Assembly (NCBI GenBank): GCA_035509435.1
Contig: DATJLR010000003.1
Coordinates: 11,853 to 75,852 of the forward strand
Direction of reading: 5' to 3'
DNA: 64,000 bases
Origin: Minisyncoccota bacterium
GTDB taxonomy: Bacteria > Patescibacteriota > Minisyncoccia > UBA6257 > 2-01-FULL-56-20
The position numbers were made by a program, and so were the translations under genes. Below the pieces are notes generated by a model. The model made no database searches. It saw nothing but the letters and a program-made list of their open reading frames with translations, and had not been told where the DNA came from. Positions 53,615 through 64,000 of the stretch are shown piece by piece; positions within the stretch are counted from its first letter, which is position 1; each line of letters starts with the position of its first letter.

Positions 53615-55354
53615 CTAATTTACGGTCACGTGGATCTTGTTCGGGTTCGAAGGGATGGTGAATATCCAGGAGGGCCACATGGAGATCTCGCCGTCCTGAA
53701 GCTGAGGCAATGCCGCGATCGTGCTGCGCGCGCTCCCGATGCTCTGGCCTTCGATGCTCGTCGTAAACTCCGCCACGGAGAATGCCGGCTCGAGCGAACC
53801 CTGCGCGGAAAGCGCGAATGTCACCTGGCCCGTCTTGAAGTTCGGCACCACATTGGTATAGGTGGGATCGATCGTCTTGAATGTGGAGCTCACCTCCGTT
53901 GCCTGCGCGAGCGAGAGCAGATAGTTCTCGAGCGCGGACTGGTCGAACCCGATCGCCTCGAGCGTCGCGGCGCCGAAGACGGTAAAGTTGCCGTTCGCGT
54001 CGGTGGAGGTATTTACGGTAAGCGTGGTGATCGTGGTGGTCGCGGCGCCGTCCGGGATCTCGAAGTTGTTCGGATACGTTCCGGCAAAGCCGCTCGTGAG
54101 TTCGGCATCGAGGAGCGCCGTGGTCGACGCTTTCGCCGCAGCGATGTCCGCCGCGGTAGGCGTCGCGCGCTGGCCGATGAAACCGCCCGTCGTGGATGCG
54201 GTGATCGTGCCGTAGAATCCCGCTTCGCGGCCCGGATCGCTGTCGAATCCCGGGATGGTCAGCTTCGCGACCGGTCCGATGTTGTAATCCGGCCCTGCCT
54301 GATCCGCCACGATGGGCGCGTTGATCGACGACGGCGTAAGCGTACCGTCGGCGGCCTTCGCCTCGCCGGGCACCGTGACGTTCGTCGTGATACGGAAGAT
54401 CTGGCCGGCAGGCGTGAGGAAGCGTGTCGTCGCAACCAATTCCTGTGGCGCGGCGCTGTAATCGTTATAGATAGTGATCGTCCCCTGCGCTTTCTGCGAG
54501 ACCTGCTGGACGGACGAGCCGGGGAATGATTCCGTCAGGTTCTTCGTGGTAGTGAACACCTGGGCGGGAATGATATTCGTCGTCGGATCGATGCCCACCG
54601 CGTTCTTGCTCGCGGTGAAATTATTGGAATAGCTCCACGGCGTCTGCTTGAAGTTGATCGTGATGTTCGCGTGATCGAAGAACGCGCTCGCGACCCACGC
54701 GCCGAGCGCTATGAGCACGATGACGCCGACAGTGATCCAGACAGCCTTCTTTGGAAAACGGCGGGGTCCGCGGTCATCATCATCAAGGTCCGGCTGGCCG
54801 TCAAAGAACCGGCTGCGCAGCGAGCGCGTTTTTTCCTTATCGGCATCGTCATCGTCATCATTGAACGATGATCCGCCTCCGAAGGTTTCCGCCGGCTCCT
54901 CATCGTCAATTCCGCCGTCATCCGTGACATCGATATCCTCATCCGCCGCCTGCGACGCTTTCTTTCCTTTTTTTCCAACCGCGAGATGCACCACTTTTTT
55001 GGTGCGCCCTTCCGCCTCGCCGCGCTCACGATCGCTCTCGGGCACCCCGTCACTGTCGCGGCGCGAAACAATGTCGGAAAATCCTCCGGCGCCCCGGACT
55101 CCCTTCCACAATGGATGGCTCGCCTCGATCCCGCTCTCTTTCGCAAATGCGAGAATGCCTTCGTCCACGGATTCCACAACCACAGTGCGGCCTGCCGAAT
55201 CGGTTTCGCGCTTTAAAAGATGGAAATTGCTGACGGATCGCCCAAGCGCCGACCCCTTCGGGACGACGATCGATACCTCGTCATCCGGCTCGTTCAAGAT
55301 GCGGTCAATGACCTCCGCAATGCCTTCGTTCTTGTCTACGATGATCTTTTTCAT
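53615..55354 (-). CDS. hypothetical bitopic membrane protein (N-terminal cytoplasmic domain, acidic linker, TM, large Thr/Ala-rich extracellular domain)
   Basis: 579-aa ORF; strongly acidic low-complexity region 'NDDDDDADKEK...DLDDDDRG'; single TM 'AVWITVGVIVLIALGAWVASAFF'. Confidence 0.5.
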   Translation of the reverse strand: MKKIIVDKNEGIAEVIDRILNEPDDEVSIVVPKGSALGRSVSNFHLLKRETDSAGRTVVVESVDEGILAFAKESGIEASHPLWKGVRGAGGFSDIVSRRDSDGVPESDRERGEAEGRTKKVVHLAVGKKGKKASQAADEDIDVTDDGGIDDEEPAETFGGGSSFNDDDDDADKEKTRSLRSRFFDGQPDLDDDDRGPRRFPKKAVWITVGVIVLIALGAWVASAFFDHANITINFKQTPWSYSNNFTASKNAVGIDPTTNIIPAQVFTTTKNLTESFPGSSVQQVSQKAQGTITIYNDYSAAPQELVATTRFLTPAGQIFRITTNVTVPGEAKAADGTLTPSSINAPIVADQAGPDYNIGPVAKLTIPGFDSDPGREAGFYGTITASTTGGFIGQRATPTAADIAAAKASTTALLDAELTSGFAGTYPNNFEIPDGAATTTITTLTVNTSTDANGNFTVFGAATLEAIGFDQSALENYLLSLAQATEVSSTFKTIDPTYTNVVPNFKTGQVTFALSAQGSLEPAFSVAEFTTSIEGQSIGSARSTIAALPQLQDGEISMWPSWIFTIPSNPNKIHVTVN

Positions 55355-55407
55355 ATAAAGTTGCCTTTATAAAGTAGTATATCACATTCGTTTTCTTTCG
55401 CACGGCG

Positions 55408-56586
55408 TCAATCCGCCAGCCAATGCAGGCGCCGCCGCAACTTGCGGTTGATCTCCGAATTGCTCTTGTCGAAATATGCCTCCAGGAAGGGCAGAAGGTG
55501 CCGTGAGAGCGCCGCATCGGAGCCATAGCTCCCCTGTCGCTCCGCAAAACCCAGCTGCGTTAAAATTTCTTCCATCGGAAAACGGTCGAATGACGCCCCG
55601 CCGTGTTTATACGGCAACGCGAACGGCAGCTCGTGCTCCGCGTCCATATATACATGCCCTTTCAGCTTTCCTTTGCCTACTTCCTTCAAAAACTGTTCCG
55701 TCACCGGATCAATGATCCGCTTGAACGCGCGGGCAACGCTTTCGGACATCGCGCCCGCGAGATACGAGCGGTACATCTCCTTCGCCGCCCCCTCGGATAC
55801 GCCGAGCTCGGCGGCGATCCGCAAAAAGAGCAGGCCGAAGTTCCATTGCAGGCGCTCGCGATAGAGCACCGGATGGCCATCCTTTGTTTTCTGGAGCACA
55901 AAGAGCGCCGCGCCGCGCGGGCCTTCATCCACGATAAGGTTCAGCGGCAGTTTCCGGGCGCGCGCGAGGGAGGCCAGGCGCGCCTGTGCCGACTCGGCAA
56001 AAAAGAAATCGTCCGGCGCGTTGAAAAATTGCCGGAGGTCGCGGAAAAGGTCTCGCCCGGTAAATGTGAGCTCGAGCAGGAGCGATATTTTTTTTCCGGT
56101 GAACCCGACGGGGTTCACCACCAGATTACCGTCCACTGTGAAGTTGCGCGCTTTCGCGCCGACCATGATCGTGTCGAGCTCGTGGATGCGCAGCCGGGCC
56201 GCCGCCTCCGCGCGACACTGGTTGAAGATCTTTCCCATCGCCTGCGCGATCATGTTCTCGAGTTCCGGCAGGACGATCTCGCTTTTTTCGGTGCCGTGCT
56301 CGCGCGCGAGGTCGAGCGGGATCGGGATCGTCGTCGCGAGCGACGAGTCAGCGACGGCGATCACCTTGCGGTGCGATTTGAAAAGATACGCGCCCTCCCA
56401 TGATTTCTGCGCCACGCTCCGCATGGGCGATGCGAAGAACTTCTTGAGGTCCAGATTGCGCGCCAGTTTTTCGAAGATGATGTTCCGGTCCTCGTCCACG
56501 GAGAGGAACAGTCCGTCGGTTCCCGCCGGCCCGATCGCCAGAACCAAAAATTTCTCGCGGGGTTTGAAGAGAGTGGGCTTCTTCAT
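55408..56586 (-). CDS. hypothetical protein, possibly actin-like ATPase fold (FtsA/PilM-like N-terminus)
   Basis: 392 aa; N-terminal 'FLVLAIGPAGTDGLFLSVDEDRNIIFEK' resembles the phosphate-1 loop of FtsA/PilM; remainder unassigned. Confidence 0.4.
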   Translation of the reverse strand: MKKPTLFKPREKFLVLAIGPAGTDGLFLSVDEDRNIIFEKLARNLDLKKFFASPMRSVAQKSWEGAYLFKSHRKVIAVADSSLATTIPIPLDLAREHGTEKSEIVLPELENMIAQAMGKIFNQCRAEAAARLRIHELDTIMVGAKARNFTVDGNLVVNPVGFTGKKISLLLELTFTGRDLFRDLRQFFNAPDDFFFAESAQARLASLARARKLPLNLIVDEGPRGAALFVLQKTKDGHPVLYRERLQWNFGLLFLRIAAELGVSEGAAKEMYRSYLAGAMSESVARAFKRIIDPVTEQFLKEVGKGKLKGHVYMDAEHELPFALPYKHGGASFDRFPMEEILTQLGFAERQGSYGSDAALSRHLLPFLEAYFDKSNSEINRKLRRRLHWLAD

Positions 56587-56618
56587 ACCCTCAGTTTAGC
56601 ACAGAAACAAAACGGCTT

Positions 56619-56945
56619 TTACCGGAGTCCCGCCTTCTTTTCCAGTTTGCTTACCCGAAAATCAAGGCTCGCGATATCGCCCTGTGTTTTGAGCTTAGCG
56701 ACATCAAGCTCCTTGCGGATCTCCTTCAGCTCCGCAAACACCGCATCGAAGCGTGCATTGACGCTTTTCTCAAATTTATCGAACCGCGCCTCGAGGCGGT
56801 CTACGCGCTTTGCCAACGCGAGGAGGTCGGTTTGTCTTGCCGTCGCCGCAAAACCTTTCTCTATCATGATCGCCAATCCGCCGATGGCACTGTCCAGCAT
56901 TCCTTTCGTTACCGGAAGGTCACTATCGTTTGTGTTATCTATCAT
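56619..56945 (-). CDS. hypothetical coiled-coil protein
   Basis: 108 aa; heptad-rich 'LAKRVDRLEARFDKFEKSVNARFDAVFAELKEIRKELDVAKLK'. Confidence 0.4.
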   Translation of the reverse strand: MIDNTNDSDLPVTKGMLDSAIGGLAIMIEKGFAATARQTDLLALAKRVDRLEARFDKFEKSVNARFDAVFAELKEIRKELDVAKLKTQGDIASLDFRVSKLEKKAGLR

Positions 56946-56997
56946 CCCACCATCATACGGCGCACAAAAACAAAGTCAAAAACTTTTTAATGGAAAT

Positions 56998-57669
56998 TTA
57001 ATGTTGTTGATCAACCAGATTTTTATCATACCCCATCACAACCAATCTTTCGTACGCATCCCAAACTTCGGACGGGATATCTTGCGGAATTGAATATCCT
57101 TTTTCTCCATAGATCTTTATGCGCTGGAAATCACCGACGAGACTATTGATGACCGCTTCCCTTGGCTTCAACGCATAGGGATATTCCTCATACGAAATAG
57201 GCGGGGAAGTGACGATGGCATCTTTCCCTGGCCATCTTTTTTGAAAAGTAGCATATGTACGCCGCTCCATATACGGCTTTTGAACAAGAATGAACTTCTG
57301 GATATTAAGCTTCTTTTCTTCCAAAAGCTTTCGGGTAAATAATATATTTTCGCCCGTATTCGTCGATCGATTTTCCACTAAGATTTTTTCTTTAGGCACG
57401 CCTGCTTTTATAGCCACATCGGCAAACGCTTCCGCCTCTGTTTTTCCACCCCAAAGCTCTGAAGTCAACTGCCCAGTATTGGATACAACACCCTCTTTAC
57501 CGGAGAAAATGATGAGTGGTGCATAACCGTCAAGAAAAAGCTTCGCTGCATATGACGCCACCCGGAGGTCATAACTACCGAGAACAAAAATCGCATCAGC
57601 CTTCTCAAGTTTCTGATGCATAAGCATATAATCCCAAATTTTCTTGGCGAGAATATCTGCTTCGTCCAT
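56998..57669 (-). CDS. DUF218 (YdcF/ElyC-like) domain protein
   Basis: 223 aa; 'ADAIFVLGSYDLRVASYAAKLFLDGYAPLIIFSGKEG' is the DUF218 core motif. Confidence 0.65.
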   Translation of the reverse strand: MDEADILAKKIWDYMLMHQKLEKADAIFVLGSYDLRVASYAAKLFLDGYAPLIIFSGKEGVVSNTGQLTSELWGGKTEAEAFADVAIKAGVPKEKILVENRSTNTGENILFTRKLLEEKKLNIQKFILVQKPYMERRTYATFQKRWPGKDAIVTSPPISYEEYPYALKPREAVINSLVGDFQRIKIYGEKGYSIPQDIPSEVWDAYERLVVMGYDKNLVDQQH

Positions 57670-57679
57670 TTAATGGGTT

Positions 57680-59590
57680 TTATTCGATCACGCCGCGGAT
57701 GCGCCGTATCCCTGCCGCCACCGCTTCCTCTTTTGCGATCCTGAAGCGTCCGATCTCGCCCGTGTGCGAGACGTGCGGGCCGCCGCAGAACTCTATGGAA
57801 AATGCCTTGTCGAACTGCGGATCCGCGAGCGTGGCGCCTTTCGGCCCGATGGAGTACACCGACACGCGTTCCGGATACTTCTGTCCGAACTCGTGTTCGG
57901 CACCGAGCTTTTCCGCGTCCTCGCGCGCCATCTCGTTCCGCAGCACCGGCAGGTCCTCCGCGATCTTCTCGTTCACGATGCGCTCCACTTCCGCTTTCTG
58001 TTCGTCGGTCAGCTTCGCGTCGTGCAGATAATCCAGGCGCAGGCGTTCGCTCGTGATATTGCTCCCCCTCTGCTTGACCGTCGGGCCGAGCACCTGCTGG
58101 AGTGCACGCAATAACAGATGGTGCGCGGTGTGCAACCGCACCGTCTTCTCCGACGTGTCGGCGAGGCCGCCCTTGAACGTGCCCGCGGACGCGGTGCGGG
58201 AAAGGTCGCGATGCTTCGTGAACTCGCGCTCGAACTCCTCTTCGTTGACCTTGATCCCTTTTTCCGTCGCCATCTCCTGCGTAAGCTCCCACGGGAATCC
58301 GTAGCTTTGATAGAGGTCGAACGCGTCTTTACCCGTGACCATCCCGGCCTCCGCGCGCTTTTTAAATTCTTTTAATCCTTCGTCCACTGCCGCCATGAAC
58401 TTTGCGAACTCTTCGGCGATGGTCTTTATGATGCTATCCGCATCCTCGGAAATATTCGGATAGCTGTCTTTATATAGAGCGGCCAGAACGCCGACCATCT
58501 TTGTTACCCAGCCATATTCCGGCCGTATCGACATCCCGAACAGCGCAGTGCGACGGAGCAAGCGGCGCAGCACATATCCTTGTCCTTTGTTGGACGGCAA
58601 CACGCCGTCACCGATCAAAAATACGGACGCGCGCATGTGGTCCAAAATGACCCGGACCTTGCGCACGTCTTCTTCGGTCCGCCCGAATGCGGGATCAACT
58701 TCCACCATCTTCCTGAACACGTCGATGTGAAACACATCCGGGTCTCCATTCGTCGCCGCGGTGATGCGCTCCAGGCCGCCGCCGAAGTCCACGTTTTGCT
58801 GGGATAGCTTTTCAAAACGGCCGTCCTCGCGCTTTTTGTATTCCATGAACACGCTGTTGCCGATCTCGAGGAACCGGCCGCAGTCGCAGTTCGGATGGCA
58901 CTGTGCGCCGAACTTCGGATCGTGCCGCGGGACGCCCTGCTCATTTGTAGCGCCAAAGTCATAGAATACCTCCGAGTCTGGGCCGCCCGGCTCGCCCGCG
59001 GGCATCTTGGCGGGCACGCCCGCGCGCGACCACCAGTTTTTCTTTACATCATACGAAAATATCCGGCCGCCCTGCATGCCTACGGCGCTCGCATTCTCTT
59101 CGGAACCGAGCGCGACGTACTTCGCCTCAATATCTTTGGAGTGGAACAGTTCCGTCCAGATCTTTACCGATTCATCGTCCGCGGGGATCTCCATTTCCGA
59201 GTCGCCGGCAAAGACCGTGACGTACAGGTTCATCGGATCCAGGCCGACGCCGACATTCTTGTCCGTCAAAAATTCAAAGATCCATTTGAGCTGGTCGGCT
59301 TTAAAATAGTCGCCGAGCGACCAGTTGCCGAGCATCTCGAAGAACGTCGTGTGGCGGTTGTCGCCCACCTCGTCAATGTCGTCCGCGCGGAAACTCTTTT
59401 GCGAGTCGACAAGACGGCGGCCTTCCGGATGCGGCTGGCCGAGCAGATACGGCACGAGCGGCTGCATGCCCGAACTCGTGAAGAGCGTCGTCGGATCGTT
59501 CTCCGGCACGAGCGCTGCGGACGGGATCACTGTGTGCCCGCGCGCGGCGAAGAAATCCAGATATTTTTTTCTGACCTCGGCCAATTCCAT
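57680..59590 (-). CDS. alaS: alanine--tRNA ligase, short form (catalytic + tRNA-recognition + editing domains; no C-Ala domain)
   Basis: 636 aa; class II motifs 'FFEMLGNWSLGDYFK', editing-domain 'HTAHHLLLRALQQVLG' and 'CGGPHVSHTGEIG'; about 230 aa shorter than E. coli AlaRS. Confidence 0.85.
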   Translation of the reverse strand: MELAEVRKKYLDFFAARGHTVIPSAALVPENDPTTLFTSSGMQPLVPYLLGQPHPEGRRLVDSQKSFRADDIDEVGDNRHTTFFEMLGNWSLGDYFKADQLKWIFEFLTDKNVGVGLDPMNLYVTVFAGDSEMEIPADDESVKIWTELFHSKDIEAKYVALGSEENASAVGMQGGRIFSYDVKKNWWSRAGVPAKMPAGEPGGPDSEVFYDFGATNEQGVPRHDPKFGAQCHPNCDCGRFLEIGNSVFMEYKKREDGRFEKLSQQNVDFGGGLERITAATNGDPDVFHIDVFRKMVEVDPAFGRTEEDVRKVRVILDHMRASVFLIGDGVLPSNKGQGYVLRRLLRRTALFGMSIRPEYGWVTKMVGVLAALYKDSYPNISEDADSIIKTIAEEFAKFMAAVDEGLKEFKKRAEAGMVTGKDAFDLYQSYGFPWELTQEMATEKGIKVNEEEFEREFTKHRDLSRTASAGTFKGGLADTSEKTVRLHTAHHLLLRALQQVLGPTVKQRGSNITSERLRLDYLHDAKLTDEQKAEVERIVNEKIAEDLPVLRNEMAREDAEKLGAEHEFGQKYPERVSVYSIGPKGATLADPQFDKAFSIEFCGGPHVSHTGEIGRFRIAKEEAVAAGIRRIRGVIE

Positions 59591-59635
59591 GTAAGGATAT
59601 ACTACCTTTGCGTCCGGCTTTTTTCCAGTGTCATT

Positions 59636-59676
59636 GATAAAAGAAGGGCCGGCAGCGCGTGCGCACTGTCGGCCCC
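59636..59676 (-). terminator. intrinsic terminator downstream of 59690..59983
   Basis: Minus strand GGGCCGACAG-tgcgcacgcg-CTGCCGGCCC followed by TTCTTTTAT. Confidence 0.5.
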
Positions 59677-59689
59677 ATGGAGGTCGGAA

Positions 59690-59983
59690 TCATCCGATAA
59701 AAAGAAATTCTTCGCTGGGAGCAGCCGGCGTCTTGGCCCGAAAATATCCGTATCGCCGGGCGAGCAGGCGCATCAGCCGCAATTCCCACATTGCCCCCTC
59801 GCTCTCCAGTTTGTAAAGCGCCAATCTAATATTCTCTTCCACCTCTTCCGGTGGATCGTTGATGGGATCTTTCCGAAAAGCCCTGCGAAATTCATCCCGC
59901 ACGAGCTTTCCCTGGACCAAATAGATCCCCGCGATGACAGGCACCGCGAGGATCCCGACGGTCGCTGCCTTTTTGCCGCTCAT
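59690..59983 (-). CDS. small membrane protein, hypothetical
   Basis: Likely start MSGKKAATVGILAVPVIAGIYLV (TM helix); the track ORF extends to 60031 without support. Confidence 0.4.
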   Translation of the reverse strand: MSGKKAATVGILAVPVIAGIYLVQGKLVRDEFRRAFRKDPINDPPEEVEENIRLALYKLESEGAMWELRLMRLLARRYGYFRAKTPAAPSEEFLFIG

Positions 59984-60049
59984 GGCCTTTTCCCTCCGAA
60001 AATTCCTGAAGTCTTGTGGTACTGATCGCAATATACCTTGTACGCGCGC

Positions 60050-61372
<1,323 letters not shown>

Positions 61373-61419
61373 GAGATATATACGATATTATCCTCTATTT
61401 CTTACGATTTTGCAAGGGA

Positions 61420-63234
61420 TCACTCTTCCCCTCCCGGCAGCTTCGCGAGTTCCGCGAGCGCCGCGGCAAGCTCTGCGTCGTTGCCGCGCGCTTCGGCGTT
61501 CTTTATGGCAAGCGAAAGGATGTGGCGGCGCTCTTTATAGTATTCGCGCGCGAGGCCTTCTTTTAATGCGGCGACATCTTCTTCCTTTAATTCGCTCATG
61601 GCCGTCGGATCGCGCAGGACGATGAGCCCCACGACGGCGTCGAGCGCGGCGTCGTCGCTCTTGCGGGCGCCGCCTTTTAATAGAGCGAATATTTCCTTTT
61701 GTGGCGGCGTAAGAAACGTCTCGCAATCTTCCATAAATGAAAAATCGTCGCGCGCGAGCGCGAGCGCGAGGAGGTCTTCCACGATGAGCTCCTGGCGCGA
61801 GACCTGGCGCTTCGGCGCCGAGCCATCCTCCGCCGCGGCGTTGCGATCCGCAACCGACGGCTGTGTCGGCCCGTACTGCGCGGTGGCGCTTTTCTCCGCC
61901 TCTTCCTCTAGTGTCTTCTCGGCGACGCCGGTGCGCTTGGCGAGCTCTTTCATCCAGTGATCGCGCTCCACCGGACTTGCGATGTGGCGCAGTTTGGCGA
62001 GTACCGTGCGCAGCTTGCCGAGCCCTTCGCGCGTGGTGAGTGCGGCGGGATCGGACGACGCAGCGCCGGGTGCGAGCGGCGGTAAATATTTCTCAAAGTA
62101 AAACACCGGCGCCGTGACCGCGGCGGCCACGGTCTTCCGCACATTTTCCGGATCCGCTTTTGCCGCCTCGGCGGCATCCTTGAACCCGCGGTATGTAGCC
62201 ACCTTCACCGCAAAGTCGTTCGCTTCGGCGAGGTCGATCGCGCGTTCGGCGGCGTCGGAGCCGGCGGCGTCGGAGTCGAAGCACAATATCACCTCATCGG
62301 CCAGGCGCCGCACCGAGCGCAAGTGGTCCGCGGTGAGGGCCGTGCCCGACGACGCGATCACGTTGCGCACGCCGCTCTGATAGCTCATCAAAAAATCCAT
62401 CTGGCCCTCCACGAGCACGGCGGACTTGGCCTCGCGGATCGCGTCCTTCGACTTCCAAAATCCGTAGAGCAGGCGCGACTTCTGGAAGATCGGCGTCTCC
62501 GGACTGTTCACGTACTTTGCCGTCACGTACGTTGCCTTCGGATCGTTCGACGTGTCGAACTGCGGAAGGATGCGTCCGGTGAAGCCGACCACTTTGCCGA
62601 GATGATTGTGGATCGGGAACATCACGCGGCCGCGGAACCGGTCGAACATCATCCCCTTCTCCGATTTGATAGAGAGCCCCGCCTGCAGAAGGTCCTGCGG
62701 CGCGGCGCCGCCGTTCAGCAGATGCATGGAAAGATTCTCCGGCTCGTTCGCGGCCCAGCCGAGCTCGAACTCCTCTATAATAGACGGCGCGAGCCCGCGC
62801 TCCGCGAGATACTGCTTGACGATCGGCGCGGCGGCGAGCGCGCGCTTATAAAAATTCTTCGCCTGGTCGTTCAGGTCGTAGAGCAAGCCGGTGTAGCGAT
62901 ACTCGGCGGGATTCTCGTGCCGCAGTTCCACGCCGGCTTTTTCCGCAAGCATGCGCAGCGCCTCGCCGAACTCCATGTTCTCGTACTTCATCACGAAGCC
63001 GAAGATGTCGCCGTCCGCGCCGCAGCCAAAACAGTGCCACCGCTGCCGCTCCGGCGACACGCTGAACGACGGCGACTTCTCGTGATGGAACGGGCAGAGC
63101 GCCTTGAAGTTCTTTCCTGCGGGCGTGAGCGTGAGGTACCCGCGCAGAAAATCCACGATGTCCAGCTTGCTCTTTATTAACTCGGTGGTGGAGGATGGCA
63201 TGATGGTAATGGCGTGCGCCGTGCGGCAGCACAC
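61420..63234 (-). CDS. dnaG: DNA primase
   Basis: 604 aa. Zinc-ribbon 'CPFHHEKSPSFSVS...WHCFGCG', TOPRIM 'VLVEGQMDFL...CFDSDAAG'. True start is probably MPSSTTEL at 63201; neither start has a clear SD. Sits directly upstream of rpoD (classic dnaG-rpoD operon). Confidence 0.85.
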   Translation of the reverse strand: MCCRTAHAITIMPSSTTELIKSKLDIVDFLRGYLTLTPAGKNFKALCPFHHEKSPSFSVSPERQRWHCFGCGADGDIFGFVMKYENMEFGEALRMLAEKAGVELRHENPAEYRYTGLLYDLNDQAKNFYKRALAAAPIVKQYLAERGLAPSIIEEFELGWAANEPENLSMHLLNGGAAPQDLLQAGLSIKSEKGMMFDRFRGRVMFPIHNHLGKVVGFTGRILPQFDTSNDPKATYVTAKYVNSPETPIFQKSRLLYGFWKSKDAIREAKSAVLVEGQMDFLMSYQSGVRNVIASSGTALTADHLRSVRRLADEVILCFDSDAAGSDAAERAIDLAEANDFAVKVATYRGFKDAAEAAKADPENVRKTVAAAVTAPVFYFEKYLPPLAPGAASSDPAALTTREGLGKLRTVLAKLRHIASPVERDHWMKELAKRTGVAEKTLEEEAEKSATAQYGPTQPSVADRNAAAEDGSAPKRQVSRQELIVEDLLALALARDDFSFMEDCETFLTPPQKEIFALLKGGARKSDDAALDAVVGLIVLRDPTAMSELKEEDVAALKEGLAREYYKERRHILSLAIKNAEARGNDAELAAALAELAKLPGGEE

Positions 63235-63339
63235 GCGGCGATTATTGTCTGAATCTTACGGCAAAGGCCACCACCCCGCAACTATTTTCAAATTGAGCGC
63301 GATACAGTATAGTAAAATTTGAAAGTGAAAGGAGAAGCC

Positions 63340-63528
63340 ATGGTTCTGTACGTTGATAGCACCCTCGCCCAGCTCCGCAAAACAGAAGGCGTGGTCCAAC
63401 GCCACCACTGCTGCGGCGGCTTGAGCACCAAAACGGATGAAGTTCCGGAATCGCCCACGGCACCCGCCCCACAGACCCCCATTCGCGATTTCTGCACGGA
63501 CAATGAGATCGCGCCGCACACGGATTAG
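63340..63528 (+). CDS. small hypothetical protein
   Basis: 62 aa from the ATG at 63340, preceded by AAAGGAGAAG; contains a 'HHCCGG' motif; followed by a terminator. Confidence 0.45.
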   Translation: MVLYVDSTLAQLRKTEGVVQRHHCCGGLSTKTDEVPESPTAPAPQTPIRDFCTDNEIAPHTD

Positions 63529-63544
63529 CCGTCCCCTTTCCACC

Positions 63545-63578
63545 AAAAAGCCCTCGCACTTGCGAGGGCCTTCTTTAT
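63545..63578. terminator. bidirectional intrinsic terminator
   Basis: AAAAAGCCCTCGCA-ct-TGCGAGGGCCTTCTTTAT. Confidence 0.6.
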
Positions 63579-64000
63579 ATCACCGTCACATGGAGGAACC
63601 CGATGTTCTGGTTGAGCATGATGCAGAGCCCCGCCACCACGATGACGAGCAGGCCGCCGGCGATGAGCCGCGGATATTGCAGGCGGATGTTCACAAAGAT
63701 GTTCAGCACGAGCGCGACGAAGAAAAGGATCATCACGAAGAAGTAGAAGTCGTCCGCCATGGTCTTTGGATTGGAGAAAAGCCGCTGAATGAGACTGCTC
63801 TGCGGGACAGGAACGGCAGCGGTGTCCGCTACCGGCGCCGCGACTGGTTGCGCGCTGGACGTCACGACGATCGGGGTTGTCGCAGGGACCGGCGCGGCCG
63901 CTGATACCGTCTCCGTCGATGCTCCCTCAACCGCCACGAACGTCTGCTGCGCTGCCGGCGCGGAAGAGCTCTGTATAGCGACCACCGCGGGCACCGATGC
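63575..64000 (-). CDS. membrane protein with Ala/Pro/Val-rich N-terminal region, hypothetical (5' end may lie beyond window)
   Basis: The ORF reaches the window edge; C-terminal TM helices 'FYFFVMILFFVALVLNIFV...GGLLVIVVAGLCIML'. Confidence 0.4.
   Translation of the reverse strand, partial: ASVPAVVAIQSSSAPAAQQTFVAVEGASTETVSAAAPVPATTPIVVTSSAQPVAAPVADTAAVPVPQSSLIQRLFSNPKTMADDFYFFVMILFFVALVLNIFVNIRLQYPRLIAGGLLVIVVAGLCIMLNQNIGFLHVTVI

Overview
This is a high-GC (about 60%+), gene-dense bacterial window with short intergenic spacers, many hairpin terminators, and both core and accessory regions.

Core genes:
- A ribosomal/RNA-polymerase operon on the minus strand: infA-rpmJ-rpsM-rpsK-rpsD-rpoA-rplQ, then rplM-rpsI.
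- The dnaG-rpoD operon and alaS.
- Central-metabolism genes: eno, a D-2-hydroxyacid dehydrogenase, ppsA, glycerate kinase, pyrD, and a class II ribonucleotide reductase (nrdJ).
- rpmB next to tRNA-Pro(GGG).

Accessory material is spread through the window. Secreted and surface proteins include a PEGA-domain protein, a 1131-aa FN3/cadherin-like giant protein, an FN3x4 protein with a peptidoglycan-binding domain, and a CHAP hydrolase. Several low-GC islets look horizontally acquired:
- (i) 403-1571: a stand-alone homing-endonuclease-like gene (HTH + HE-associated repeat + PD-(D/E)XK) inserted between rpmB and tRNA-Pro.
- (ii) 9037-10300: two small secreted or membrane proteins.
- (iii) 20304-23640: a Dam-like N6A methyltransferase plus HNH endonuclease (Type II R-M) with two orphan proteins, fused to an operon made of a small TM protein, a Pif1/RecD-like helicase and a 40-aa hyper-acidic peptide.
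- (iv) 48058-49500: a decayed islet of overlapping small ORFs and a gene fragment.

The 23.7-27.7 kb neighbourhood is dense in nucleotide-phosphohydrolase families and shows active decay. It holds two Nudix genes (one frameshifted), a HIT gene, and an internally deleted HAD 5'-nucleotidase remnant, interleaved with three unknown proteins. One unknown gene is bracketed by a near-identical 36-nt hairpin+T-run repeat. A diverged third copy of that repeat lies inside a broken ICMT-family methyltransferase gene.

Other points: RpoA lacks the alpha-CTD, RpoD has a lysine-rich N-terminal extension, AlaRS is short, and a UvrD-family helicase is fused to a Cas4/RecB-like Fe-S nuclease domain. No CRISPR array or rRNA was seen. 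Lineage is inferred from sequence only: a small-genome, possibly Patescibacteria/CPR-like bacterium, at low confidence.
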